This document shows positions 12,305 through 21,835 of a stretch of DNA of 64,000 nucleotides, one piece after another. This DNA is from an uncultured Acidobacteriota bacterium (lineage in GTDB: Bacteria; Acidobacteriota; Vicinamibacteria; Vicinamibacterales; CAVVIG01). Within the stretch, counting starts at the first letter, position 1. Each line of letters begins with the position of its first letter. The translations under genes and the position numbers were made by a program. The stretch spans positions 2,071 to 66,070 of the forward strand of contig CAVRXZ010000032.1 in NCBI GenBank assembly GCA_963725105.1, given 5' to 3'. The notes under the pieces are model-generated. The model had not been told where the DNA came from and did not search any database. It was given only the letters and a program-made list of their open reading frames with translations.

Positions 12305-13384
12305 GTGCGCGCGGCGTTTCTTGTCGCCCTTCTTCTGATCGGTACGGGCTGCGGCCGGAAAGCGGTGGAGAGTGTCGACAAGCCTGCCGAGCTTCCAACA
12401 ATCGTGGCCGACACCGCGGCGGTAGCCCGCCGAACGATCGAGGAGGAGCTCGTCATACGCGGATCGATCGCCGCCCTGCCGAACGAAGACGTGCGCGTCA
12501 GCGCGCTCGTCGCGGGCCGCGTCGACTCGGTCACGGTCGCAGAGGGAGACGCCGTACAGCGCGGCCAGGTGATCGCCGAGCTCGATCGCCGACCCTTTGA
12601 CGATCAACGGCGACAGGCGGCTGCAGCGCTGGAGCAGGCGAAGGCGCAGGTCGAGAACGCGCGGCTCAATCTTCAGCGCAACCAGCAGCTCTTCGATCGG
12701 GGAATCGCCGCCGGCAAAGAGGTTGAGGACGCCAGGGCACAGCTGGCTTCTGCAAGCGCGTCGCTCGAACAGACAGCCGCGGCCCTCAACGCCGCCGACC
12801 GGCAGATCGAACGCGTCCAGGTGCGGTCGCCCATCACCGGCCAGGTGGTCAAGCGAATGATCAGCATCGGTGAGCAGGTGGACGGGACCGGGGCGCAACC
12901 AATCGCTCAAATCGCCAATCTCGACCGCGTGGAGCTGCTCGCCAATGTCCCCGCTGAATATCTCCCCCGTATCAAGATCGGCCAGACCAGCGCCATTTCG
13001 AGCGACACGCTCTCGGGACGGACGTTGACAGGCACGGTGTTGGCCGTTGCGCCGGCCGTCGATCCCGCCACGAACGCGACGCTCGTCCGAATTCGGATCC
13101 CGAATCCCGGCGGGGTCCTGCGAGTGGGAATGTTTGCCGAAGCCCGCGTCCGGCTCGGCGAACACACAGACGCCCTCGTCATCCCGCCGTCGGCATTGGT
13201 ACGCGACGAGCGCGGCACAGCCGTGTACGTCGCCGCTGGCGACGTCGCCCAGCGAACCAGCGTCACGGTCGGCCTTGAAAAACTGGACGCCATCGAGATT
13301 CTTACAGGCTTGACGACAGGCCAGACCGTGCTCATTTCCTCGGTCTACGGGCTGGGCGACAAGGTCAAGCTTGCGAAGAAGTAG
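12305..13384 (+). CDS. efflux RND periplasmic adaptor (MFP) lipoprotein
   Basis: GTG start giving MRAAFLVALLLIGTGCG lipobox, coiled-coil hairpin region, RSPITGQVV beta-barrel motifs. Confidence 0.85.
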   Translation: MRAAFLVALLLIGTGCGRKAVESVDKPAELPTIVADTAAVARRTIEEELVIRGSIAALPNEDVRVSALVAGRVDSVTVAEGDAVQRGQVIAELDRRPFDDQRRQAAAALEQAKAQVENARLNLQRNQQLFDRGIAAGKEVEDARAQLASASASLEQTAAALNAADRQIERVQVRSPITGQVVKRMISIGEQVDGTGAQPIAQIANLDRVELLANVPAEYLPRIKIGQTSAISSDTLSGRTLTGTVLAVAPAVDPATNATLVRIRIPNPGGVLRVGMFAEARVRLGEHTDALVIPPSALVRDERGTAVYVAAGDVAQRTSVTVGLEKLDAIEILTGLTTGQTVLISSVYGLGDKVKLAKK

Positions 13385-13396
13385 CAGCGTCGCGTC

Positions 13397-16300
13397 ATGA
13401 ACGTTGCCCGTTTCGCGATCCGCAACCCCCGCGTCATTGCGCTGGCAGCTGCGCTCGTCACGGCGGCTGGTGCGTATTCGATGACCACGCTGCCGAGCGG
13501 CATCTACCCGGAAGTCGAATTTCCGCGCATCGCCGTCATCGCCCATTCAGGCGATCTCTCGCCGCGCATCATGCAAGTTGCGGTGACCCGGCCTCTCGAG
13601 GAGGCCGCGCGCGGAGTTCTGGGTGTGCGACGCGTCCGCTCGAAGACCATCCGGGGCGCCACCGAACTGTCGGTTCAGTTCAATCCGGACGCGGATATGC
13701 GGTACGCGCTACAGCTGATGCAAGGCAAGGTCGACGAGGCCAAACCCGACCTCCCTGCCGGCACATCCATCATCGTCGAGCGGATGACCGCCGCCCTGTT
13801 TCCGATTCTGAGCTTCAACGTCACCGGTGACCTGCCGGCTACCGATCTGCGCGATGTGGCGATGTTTCAGATCAGGCCGTTGCTCAGCCGGATTCCAGGC
13901 ATTGCCAGGGTTGATGTCGTGGCGAGCGAAGAACGGGAAGTATCCGTTATTGTGAATCCGGAGCGCCTGAACAGCGCCCGGCTCGGCATCGATCAGGTCG
14001 TCGAGGCCCTGAAGACCAGCAACGAAGTCACGTCCGTCGGCCGCCTCCCGAAGGACTACCAGCAGTTTCTCGTCCTCTCGACCTCCGAGCTCTCCAGCCT
14101 CGACGATGTCCGGAACGTCGTCGCAGCGTTCAGGAATCAGACACCCATCTACGTCGGCGACATCGCCGAAGTGCGTGACGGCGTCGTCGACCGGACGACC
14201 CTGGTCAGCGGCAGCGGGCGGCCCGCCGCGGTCATCACGCTGGCACGCCAGATTCGAGGCAACATTCTCGCGATCGGCGATGCCGTCGATCGGACACTGC
14301 GGGAACAGGCAGCTTCCCTGCCTCCCGCCGTCCGCATCGCAAAGGTCTACGATCTCGCCGAGTTCGTTCGCGACGCCGTCGCCAGTGTTCGGGACGCCAT
14401 CATCATCGGCGGTCTGCTGGCGGTCCTCGTACTGCTGGTGTTCCTGCGCGACTGGCGCGCCACTCTCGTTGCGGCCACGTCGCTCCCCCTGACGATCATC
14501 GGCACCTTCTTCATCCTCGGCCTAGCCGGCGGGACGATCAACCTGATGACCATGGGCGGCCTGGCCGTCGCCATTGGCCTGGTCATCGACGATGCCATCG
14601 TCGTGGTTGAGAACATCCATCGCCACGTTGTCGCGGGCAAGAGTCCGATAGCTGCAGCCGAGCAGGGAACCAATGAGCTCGTTGGCGCGGTTCTGGGATC
14701 CACGCTGACCACTGTGGTGGTGTTTGTTCCGCTGGGACTCCTGCAGGGAGCGGTTGGACAGTTCTTTGCCGCCCTGTCATTGACGCTGTCGGCTGCTGTC
14801 CTCTTGTCCCTTTTGTATTCGCTGCTCTTCATTCCGATTCCCGCCGCGCTCCTGCTCCGAGCTCGGCCCAACGCCCGGGCCGGCTTAGGGTGGCTCAGTC
14901 GCTGGTACGAATCGATTCTGCGGTATGCACTGCGTCGACCGGCGTGGATCATCGCGACGACTGTGGTCATCGCTGCTTCGGGAGGCTGGCTCTTCCTTCA
15001 GCTGGAAACGGGCTTTCTGCCCGACATGGACGAAGGCGGCTACATCATCGACTACTTCACCCCGGCCGGTACGTCGCTGGCCGAAACCGACCGCATGGTG
15101 GGACGGATCGAAACTGCCCTGAAGGCCACGCCCGAGATCGCCGGATTCACACGACGGACCGGCACCGAGCTTGGTCTTTTTGCCACGGAACAGAACAGCG
15201 GCGATATCGTCGTGCGCCTGAAACCGCGGTCGCAGCGGCCGCGAAGCGCCGCTCAAGTCATCGCTGCACAGCGTGACCAGTTCGAGGCCGACATGCCGGG
15301 CATGACGATAGAGTTCGTGCAGCTGCTTCAGGACATGCTGGGCGATCTCGAAGGCAACCCCGAGCCCGTCGAAGTCAAGCTGTTTGGGGACGACCTCTCG
15401 ACGCTGCGGGGAGTGGCGGCGCGGGTTGCGGCCAGCATGAAAAAGGTGCCGGGCCTGGTCGACGTCGTCGAGCCCCGTTCAGGTAACCCCGAGCTGGCAG
15501 TCAGAATCAGCACGACGCGCGCCGCCAAAGTCGGCCTGACGCCTCAGCAGATCTCGGTGCAACTGGCCGACGGACTCATCGGCAACGTTGCAACGACTGT
15601 GCGGCGCGGTGATCGGCTGATTGACCTGCGTGTGCGGTATCCCGACGCCTATCGGTTCGATCCGGCCTGGATGCGCGAATACCCGTTGAACGTCGCCGGC
15701 GGCGCGATTGTGCCGTTGTCGGCGGTCGCGAACATCGAGCTGGTCGGGGGGCAAGCGCAGCTGCACCGGGAAGACTTGAAACAGATGGCGCCGGTCACCT
15801 GCCGGCTCGAGAATCGCGACCTCGGCAGCGCGATCGCTGAAGTCCGAAAGATCCTGGACGCGGAGCGCCTGCCGGTCGGCTACACGTATCAGATTGGCGG
15901 CCAGTACGAGAGTCAGCAGACGTCGTTCCGCTCACTCGTCCTGGTGCTCTCAATCGCGATTCTGCTGGTGCTCGGACTGCTGGTCGGGCAATTCCGCCGG
16001 TTCACGGCCGCGTTCGTCATTCTGTCTGCGGCGCCGCTTTCGCTCGTCGGCGCGTTCGGCCTGTTGCGTCTCACCGGCACCCCGCTCAACGTGTCGTCCT
16101 TCATGGGCATCATTCTGCTGGTGGGGCTCGTCGTCAAGAACGGCATCATCCTGATCGACTACGTCGATCGACTCGCCGATCAGGGGGCTGATCGGATCGA
16201 GACAATCATTCGCGCGGGCGCTATCCGCCTCCGACCCATCCTGATGACGACGTTGTGTACGCTGTTTGGTCTGCTGCCGCTGGCGTTGGGGCTCGGGTCA

Positions 16301-16432
16301 GGCGCCGAGCTTCAGAAGCCGCTCGCGCTGGCGGTGATCGGGGGCCTGTCGGTGTCGACGATTGTGACGCTGGTCTTCGTCCCTGCCTTGCTATCGGTGC
16401 TTCCGTCAGTCCGACCAACGACTAACGACTAA
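13397..16432 (+). CDS. efflux RND transporter permease (AcrB/CzcA/CusA superfamily)
   Basis: 1011 aa, 12-TM RND layout, conserved GLVIDDAIVVVENI and GLVVKNGIILIDY motifs. Confidence 0.95.
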   Translation: MNVARFAIRNPRVIALAAALVTAAGAYSMTTLPSGIYPEVEFPRIAVIAHSGDLSPRIMQVAVTRPLEEAARGVLGVRRVRSKTIRGATELSVQFNPDADMRYALQLMQGKVDEAKPDLPAGTSIIVERMTAALFPILSFNVTGDLPATDLRDVAMFQIRPLLSRIPGIARVDVVASEEREVSVIVNPERLNSARLGIDQVVEALKTSNEVTSVGRLPKDYQQFLVLSTSELSSLDDVRNVVAAFRNQTPIYVGDIAEVRDGVVDRTTLVSGSGRPAAVITLARQIRGNILAIGDAVDRTLREQAASLPPAVRIAKVYDLAEFVRDAVASVRDAIIIGGLLAVLVLLVFLRDWRATLVAATSLPLTIIGTFFILGLAGGTINLMTMGGLAVAIGLVIDDAIVVVENIHRHVVAGKSPIAAAEQGTNELVGAVLGSTLTTVVVFVPLGLLQGAVGQFFAALSLTLSAAVLLSLLYSLLFIPIPAALLLRARPNARAGLGWLSRWYESILRYALRRPAWIIATTVVIAASGGWLFLQLETGFLPDMDEGGYIIDYFTPAGTSLAETDRMVGRIETALKATPEIAGFTRRTGTELGLFATEQNSGDIVVRLKPRSQRPRSAAQVIAAQRDQFEADMPGMTIEFVQLLQDMLGDLEGNPEPVEVKLFGDDLSTLRGVAARVAASMKKVPGLVDVVEPRSGNPELAVRISTTRAAKVGLTPQQISVQLADGLIGNVATTVRRGDRLIDLRVRYPDAYRFDPAWMREYPLNVAGGAIVPLSAVANIELVGGQAQLHREDLKQMAPVTCRLENRDLGSAIAEVRKILDAERLPVGYTYQIGGQYESQQTSFRSLVLVLSIAILLVLGLLVGQFRRFTAAFVILSAAPLSLVGAFGLLRLTGTPLNVSSFMGIILLVGLVVKNGIILIDYVDRLADQGADRIETIIRAGAIRLRPILMTTLCTLFGLLPLALGLGSGAELQKPLALAVIGGLSVSTIVTLVFVPALLSVLPSVRPTTND

Positions 16433-16437
16433 CGACT
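16417..16437. repeat. AACGACT x3 heptamer tandem array overlapping the RND stop codon
   Basis: Read directly: aacgact aacgact aacgact. The TAA at 16430-16432 is the RND stop; a second TAA lies at 16423. Confidence 0.9.
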
Positions 16438-16439
16438 AT

Positions 16440-16652
16440 TCAGCTTTCTTTCGTTTTCTTGGCGGCGCGTTTGCGGGGAGCGCGGGCGGGAGCCGGTTCG
16501 TTGGTCGCCTGAAGGACGACCAGGCGGGTGGCGAATACGCGACGACCGTGCTCGTCGAAATCAATGACGGTGTGATGCTCGTTCACTTCGACCAGTGTGC
16601 CTGGACCGTACGTTGCCTGCACCACGCGGTCGCCTTTGGTCCACGCTTTCAT
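16440..16652 (-). CDS. small Tudor/SH3-like protein (DUF3553-like) with basic tail
   Basis: KGDRVVQATYGPGTLVEV...VIDFDEHGRRVF resembles the UvrD/PcrA C-terminal Tudor-like module; lysine-rich C-terminus. Confidence 0.5.
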   Translation of the reverse strand: MKAWTKGDRVVQATYGPGTLVEVNEHHTVIDFDEHGRRVFATRLVVLQATNEPAPARAPRKRAAKKTKES

Positions 16653-16687
16653 CGTTTCCCCACTCCGCCTCCACTGAATTGGATCAT

Positions 16688-16819
16688 CTGGTCATCGAGC
16701 CATTTGGTCATTTTCATTACACGAAGAACGTTGGTCATTGACAGCGATTCGAGGGTCATTGACAGCGATTCGAGCATCAATGCCCACCTGACCAAATGAC
16801 TTGATGACTAGATGACCAA
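16688..16819. repeat. composite repeat region: TTGGTCAT copies (left), perfect 21-bp tandem duplication (16733-16774), ATGACNNN octamer x4 (16788-16819)
   Basis: Read directly. The left and right halves are reverse complements of each other (TTGGTCAT vs ATGACCAA). Confidence 0.9.
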
Positions 16820-16827
16820 ATTCGCCT

Positions 16828-17145
16828 CTACCAACGCGGCTCGCGCCGTCCACCGCCGCGGTTGCCGCCAAAACCGCCGCCGCCCCCAGAGAATTCGGGC
16901 TTCGGGCGCGCCTCGTTGACCGTCAATGGGCGGCCGCCCATTTGGTATTGATTGAATTCCGTCGCGGCCTTCTGGGCCTCTTCGTCGGTAGCCATTTCGA
17001 CGAACGCGAAGCCACGGGCACGGCCGGTTGCTGCGTCTCGCATGACGCGCACGGACTCTACGGTCCCAGCCTTGCTGAACAGATCCTGGAGTTCGGCTTC
17101 ACCCGTTGTGTAGGGAAGATTTCCGACGTACAACCTTCGACCCAT
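16828..17145 (-). CDS. RRM-type RNA-binding protein with Gly/Arg tail
   Basis: RNP2 LYVGNL and RNP1 RGFAFVEM motifs, C-terminal GGGGGFGGNRGGGRR. Confidence 0.9.
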   Translation of the reverse strand: MGRRLYVGNLPYTTGEAELQDLFSKAGTVESVRVMRDAATGRARGFAFVEMATDEEAQKAATEFNQYQMGGRPLTVNEARPKPEFSGGGGGFGGNRGGGRREPRW

Positions 17146-17380
17146 ACCTTCTCCCTCGTTGGCCGCTTCTCACCCCGGGGCCACTTCCCCGGGCTGCTAT
17201 TCCGGGGTGCCTCCCGGACGGTGGTCGCACGTCGGCTCAGCACTCACGTGGAGGAGAGAGCGAGTCAGGACGAAGGCTCGATCGGCTCTTGACGCGGACG
17301 AAGCAGGCTGGGCTGGCCACCAAGAGGGCGTAGTCTACCAATGCCCCCCTGCCCACGCAAGTACGGCCTTTTTCGCCATC

Positions 17381-17386
17381 TATAAT
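17381..17386 (+). promoter_or_regulatory. TATAAT box 6 nt upstream of the DUF1343 ATG (possible leaderless promoter)
   Basis: catcTATAATcgcgcgATG; no SD between box and ATG; no convincing -35. Confidence 0.3.
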
Positions 17387-17392
17387 CGCGCG

Positions 17393-18557
17393 ATGGCTGT
17401 CCGCCTCGGATCCGAGCGCCTCTTGTCCTCCCGCGCCCTCGATGGCGCGCGAGTCGGCATTGTCTGTCATGCCGCCTCGGTTGACGGTGAACTGATGCAC
17501 ATTCTTGACCGGGCGGCGGAGCATCCGAGCGCCCGGATCATGGCGGTCTTCGGGCCGCAGCACGGTTTTCGTTCGGACGTGCAGGAGAACATGATTGAAA
17601 CGGGCCACTCACGCGACGGTGTGCGCCGCGTACCCGTCTATTCGCTCTACAGCGAAACACGTATGCCGACCGCGGAGATGCTTAAGGGCATCGACGTGCT
17701 GGTGATTGATCTGCAGGATGTCGGCACACGCATCTATACCTATATCTATACGATGGCCAACTGCCTGACGGCGGCGCACCAACATGGCCTCAAGGTCATC
17801 GTCTGCGATCGCCCGAATCCGATAGGCGGCACGCAGGTCGAAGGACCGATGTTGCTTCGCGGCTTCGAATCGTTCGTCGGGCTCTTCGCAATCCCCATGC
17901 GGCACGGCATGACCATCGGTGAGCTTGCGCGGCTGTTCAACGAACACTTCGCCATCCACGCTGACCTCGAGGTCGTCGCGATGGAAGGATGGCGGCGTTC
18001 GATGTACCACGAGGCGACCGGACTCCCCTGGGTGCTGCCCTCGCCGAACATTCCGACCGTTGAAAGCGCGGTCGTCTACCCTGGCACGGTGCTGTTCGAA
18101 GGAACGAATGTGTCGGAGGGCCGCGGAACCACGAAACCCTTTGAGCTTGCCGGGGCTCCGTGGGTGACGGCCGAGCCATTCACCGCGGCGATGAATCGAC
18201 TCGACCTGCCCGGCGTCCGCTTTCGACCAGCGGTCTTCGAGCCCACTTTTCACAAGCATGCCGGCACGGCGTGCGGGGGATGTCAGATACACGTGCTGGA
18301 TCGTGAGCGATTCAGACCCGTTGAAACCGCCGTCGCGCTGACGGCCGCGTTTCGCGCAGCGGATCCGGATCGGTTCCGCTGGCGCGATCCGCCTGTACGA
18401 ATACGAGCACGAGAAGCTGCCGTTCGATATTCTGGCGGGGTCGTCCACATTGCGCGAAGACATTGCACGGGGCATTCCCGCGCGGGACATCGCACAATCG
18501 TGGGAAGAAGATGTAAGACGATTTGAGGAAACCAGACAGAAATACTTGATGTATTGA
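17393..18557 (+). pseudogene. DUF1343 family protein (NamZ/YbbC-like exo-muramidase family), +1 frame change near 18395
   Basis: VGIVCHAASV, GPQHGF, DLQDVGTRIYTYIYTM, FEGTNVSEGRGTTKPFE blocks. The C-terminus YEYEHEKLPFDILAGSSTLREDIARG...YLMY* is readable only after dropping one base in CCGCCTGTACGAA. Confidence 0.85.
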
Positions 18558-18602
18558 GTACGGCGCGAATTGGCGGCTTGGCGAATTTCTCGAGGTTGCG
18601 TT

Positions 18603-19070
18603 ATGGATCCGACAACACGAGCGAGGCTGGTCGCGCAATACAAGGACGGCTATCGCGTGGTGATGGAGGCGCTGGCGGGGGCGACCGACGCCGACCTGGA
18701 CGCGCGTACAGCGCCAGGAAAATGGTCAGCGCGGGAGATTGTCCATCACCTTGCCGACAGCGAAATGACGTCTGCCGTCCGGCTACGCGTGCTGCTCGCG
18801 AGCGAGAATCCCAGCATCCTCGGCTACGACCAGGATGAGTACGCGCGGCGGCTGCACTACGACCGGCCGATCGCTGCCTCGCTCGACGCCTTCAAAGCCG
18901 CTCGCGAGACCACCGGCGAGCTGCTGGACCGAATGACCGACCGGGACTGGCTGCGTGAAGGAACGCACAGCGAGGTGGGACGTTACACCCCGGAAAAGTG
19001 GCTCGAAATCTACAGCGTCCACGCGCACGATCACGCGCAACAGATTCGTTTGGCGCGAGCGGCTCGCTAG
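18603..19070 (+). CDS. DinB family protein
   Basis: GKWSAREIVHHLADSEM and YSVHAHDHAQQI histidine triad pattern. Confidence 0.85.
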   Translation: MDPTTRARLVAQYKDGYRVVMEALAGATDADLDARTAPGKWSAREIVHHLADSEMTSAVRLRVLLASENPSILGYDQDEYARRLHYDRPIAASLDAFKAARETTGELLDRMTDRDWLREGTHSEVGRYTPEKWLEIYSVHAHDHAQQIRLARAAR

Positions 19071-19072
19071 TT

Positions 19073-19114
19073 CACCAATTCTCCAACTCGCCAACCCGCC
19101 AACTCGACAATTTC
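19073..19114. repeat. five degenerate 8-9 nt units (CCAACTCG type) filling the spacer between convergent genes
   Basis: caccaattc tccaactcg ccaacccg ccaactcg acaatttc, read directly. Confidence 0.8.
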
Positions 19115-19119
19115 TTGCT

Positions 19120-19968
19120 CTATCCCCTCGTCTTCGCAATGCCGGGAGCCGTCTCCAGCTCCATGTGATGGCGCGTCAGATGGGTGCGGAGCCGGTCGAA
19201 AGCATCCTCCGGCGAGTCGGCGCGGTGAAGCAGGGCCAGATCGTCCTCGGAAATCGCCCCCCATTCGGCCATCGGTTTGAGGTTCAGGACCTCGTCCCAG
19301 TACTCTGAGCCGTAGAGGATGACATCGATCTTCTTCGACAGTTTGTCCGTCTGCACCAGCGTGAGGATTTCGAACAGCTCGTCGCACGTGCCGAAGCCAC
19401 CCGGGAAGATCACGAGCGCCTTGGCCAGGTACGCAAACCAGAACTTGCGCATGAAGAAGTAGTGGAACTCGAAGTGAAGGCCGTCTGTGATGTAGGGATT
19501 TGCACCCTGCTCGAACGGCAGCCTGATATTCATGCCAATCGTCTTGCCTCCCGCCTCGCGTGCCCCCCGATTGGCAGCCTCCATGATTCCGGGGCCGCCA
19601 CCGGAAGTGACGACGAAGCGGTGGTTGTCGAAGGGGAGACTGAGACTCCAGCTGGTGAGCATGCGCGCGAGTGAGCGGGCATCTTCGTAGTAGCGCGCCC
19701 ATTCGAGAGCCCGGCGCGACTTCGAGAGCTCGGCATCAAAACGCTCGGCCGCCTGTTTCGTTCCGCGCGCGTTCGCCATCGCCAGGGCGCGCTCGGCGCG
19801 CTCACGGCTGTCGACACGAGCCGACCCGAAGAAGACCACCGTGTCTTGAACTCTCTGCTCCCTGAACCGCTGCAGAGGCTCCAGATACTCCGACAGGATC
19901 CGTATGGGACGGGCTTCGTCGCTCGCAAGAAACTCTTCGAACAGATAGGCCAAAGGCTGCTGCGCCAT
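19120..19968 (-). CDS. LOG / TIGR00730 family Rossmann-fold protein (nucleotide 5'-monophosphate nucleosidase type)
   Basis: VVFFGSARV, TSGGGPGIMEAANRGA, PGGFGTCDELFEILTLVQT motifs. Confidence 0.85.
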   Translation of the reverse strand: MAQQPLAYLFEEFLASDEARPIRILSEYLEPLQRFREQRVQDTVVFFGSARVDSRERAERALAMANARGTKQAAERFDAELSKSRRALEWARYYEDARSLARMLTSWSLSLPFDNHRFVVTSGGGPGIMEAANRGAREAGGKTIGMNIRLPFEQGANPYITDGLHFEFHYFFMRKFWFAYLAKALVIFPGGFGTCDELFEILTLVQTDKLSKKIDVILYGSEYWDEVLNLKPMAEWGAISEDDLALLHRADSPEDAFDRLRTHLTRHHMELETAPGIAKTRG

Positions 19969-20035
19969 GCACGTTCACTTTACCACCTGGGTGGAGCGCC
20001 GTCCGCCGAGACCGTCGATGCTATGATGCGGCCGC

Positions 20036-20518
20036 GTGCAGAAAAAAGAAGCCGCGAGATCGTCTCTTGATCTCAGCGTCGTGATCGACGCATCGCCCGA
20101 GCGCGTGCTGAAGGCGTTCTTCGATGCGGAGGCGCTAAGAAAATGGTGGCAAGTGGTGCGCTCGGTCACGAGCCCCCGCCCGCTCGGCCCGTTCGTCGTC
20201 GAGTGGCAGCCGACCGAGTACCGGGACGAAATATTCGGTCGGCTGGGCGGCGTGTTCCGCGGGACCGTCATGCAGATCCATTCGGGGCGCGGATTTTTCG
20301 TCGCCGACGCTTTCTGGCTGCCGCCTGACAGCGATCCCGTCGGCCCCATGGCGCTCGACGTCACGTGCAATCTCGTCAGCGAGCCACGGCTCGGAACGAT
20401 GCTGCGCGTGAACCAGACCGGCTGCGACGACAGCCGGCGGTGGCACCACTACTACGAGGTGGTCACCAACGGCTGGGAGCGGGCACTCGTGTCGTTGAAA
20501 TCGCTGCTGGAAGTTTAG
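20036..20518 (+). CDS. SRPBCC (AHSA1-like) domain protein
   Basis: LDLSVVIDASPERVLKAFFDAEALRKWW typical AHSA1/START-like N-terminus. Confidence 0.75.
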   Translation: MQKKEAARSSLDLSVVIDASPERVLKAFFDAEALRKWWQVVRSVTSPRPLGPFVVEWQPTEYRDEIFGRLGGVFRGTVMQIHSGRGFFVADAFWLPPDSDPVGPMALDVTCNLVSEPRLGTMLRVNQTGCDDSRRWHHYYEVVTNGWERALVSLKSLLEV

Positions 20519-21141
20519 CCGGTCGGTTCCCCGCGCCTTCCCCGTTTCGACCGGATGATCAGATACGCCAGCGTCGCGCCAATCGCAGCGGCGCCGGCCA
20601 CGAGCGCGACGCCCGAGTAAGTTACCGGGCTGGGCGGCAGGGGCACCGCCGCTCGTGCCTCATCCGAGGTCGCGCGACGCCGGAGCAGTTCCAGCTTCAG
20701 GCTTTCTTCGCCACGCGCCATCGCCCAGCGATGGTTCGCTTCGAAGAGCGGCTTGAGCAGGGACGACAAACGTCGGATGAGCGGCTTTTCGACGCGAAGC
20801 TGCCAGTCGTAGGTCATCCGAACCACCGGTCCGATCTGTTCGAAGTTCCAGATGCCTCGGCCGTCGAAGTCTCCGGTCGCTTCGATCGTGTAGCCGTGCG
20901 GATAGCGCGACGCCACCACGCGGAATTCCCACGTCAGCGTATAGGGCAACCATCCCTTGGTCACGAGTGCGACGCGGCGTCCGACTCCCCGTGAATCCGG
21001 AGGCTCGAGCTCACGTACGTCCAGATAGACCGACGGCCACCATCGGGGCAGCGACAACGCATCGCCCAGAATGTCCGCCACTTCGCCACAGGTTCCTTCC
21101 ACCCGCCACTCACTCGTGAAGTGGTATTCGTTGGAGGTCAT
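20515..21141 (-). CDS. SRPBCC (polyketide cyclase/dehydrase-like) protein with C-terminal TM anchor
   Basis: FTSEWRVEGTCGEVADILGDALSLPRWWPSVY; C-terminal hydrophobic GVALVAGAAAIGATLAYLII. Confidence 0.7.
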   Translation of the reverse strand: MTSNEYHFTSEWRVEGTCGEVADILGDALSLPRWWPSVYLDVRELEPPDSRGVGRRVALVTKGWLPYTLTWEFRVVASRYPHGYTIEATGDFDGRGIWNFEQIGPVVRMTYDWQLRVEKPLIRRLSSLLKPLFEANHRWAMARGEESLKLELLRRRATSDEARAAVPLPPSPVTYSGVALVAGAAAIGATLAYLIIRSKRGRRGEPTG

Positions 21142-21163
21142 ACGATAATCACGTGTCGCATCC

Positions 21164-21835
21164 TTGATTATGAGCCAGATTGTTTCCGACGCTGTCGGGC
21201 GCTATCTCGCGAGCCTCAATCAGCTCGCCGATCCCGTGCTGCGTGCAATCGAGCAAGAAGGCCTCAAGGACCGCCTGCCCATCGTCGATGCGGAAGTCGG
21301 CGCCTTGCTCCGGGTGCTGGCCACGGCGGTGGGCGCACAACGCATCCTGGAGATCGGAACGGCCATCGGCTACTCAGGCATCTGGCTCGCGGGAGCGCTT
21401 CCGTCTGACGGCATGCTGCTGACGCTCGAAATCGACGCGGCGCGGGTCCGGACCGCACGCGAGAACTTCGCGCGCAGCGGCCTTTCCGAACGTGTCAACG
21501 TCGTGCTTGGCGATGCGAAGCGGCTGATCGCAAAGGTTGCGGGACCTTTCGACGTGATCTTCCAGGATGGCGACAAACGGCAGTACACGCCGATGCTCGA
21601 GCGCCTGGTCGAGCTGCTCCGCCCAGGCGGCCTGCTGGTGACAGACAACGTTCTCTGGAACGGCGACGTGGTCCCGGGACTCGCGCGCCCCGAGCACCAG
21701 AACGCTCCTGATGCCATGGCCATCGCTGACTACAATCAGCGACTCAGTCGTCATCCACGCTTGATGACGGTGATCGTGCCGCTCCGGGACGGGGTGGCGA
21801 TCTCAATCAAGAAACCCAATGACCAGACGACCTAA
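21164..21835 (+). CDS. class I SAM-dependent O-methyltransferase (caffeoyl-CoA OMT family)
   Basis: ILEIGTAIGYSGIWLA SAM motif I, FDVIFQDGDKRQY, LLVTDNVLWNG. Confidence 0.9.
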   Translation: MIMSQIVSDAVGRYLASLNQLADPVLRAIEQEGLKDRLPIVDAEVGALLRVLATAVGAQRILEIGTAIGYSGIWLAGALPSDGMLLTLEIDAARVRTARENFARSGLSERVNVVLGDAKRLIAKVAGPFDVIFQDGDKRQYTPMLERLVELLRPGGLLVTDNVLWNGDVVPGLARPEHQNAPDAMAIADYNQRLSRHPRLMTVIVPLRDGVAISIKKPNDQTT

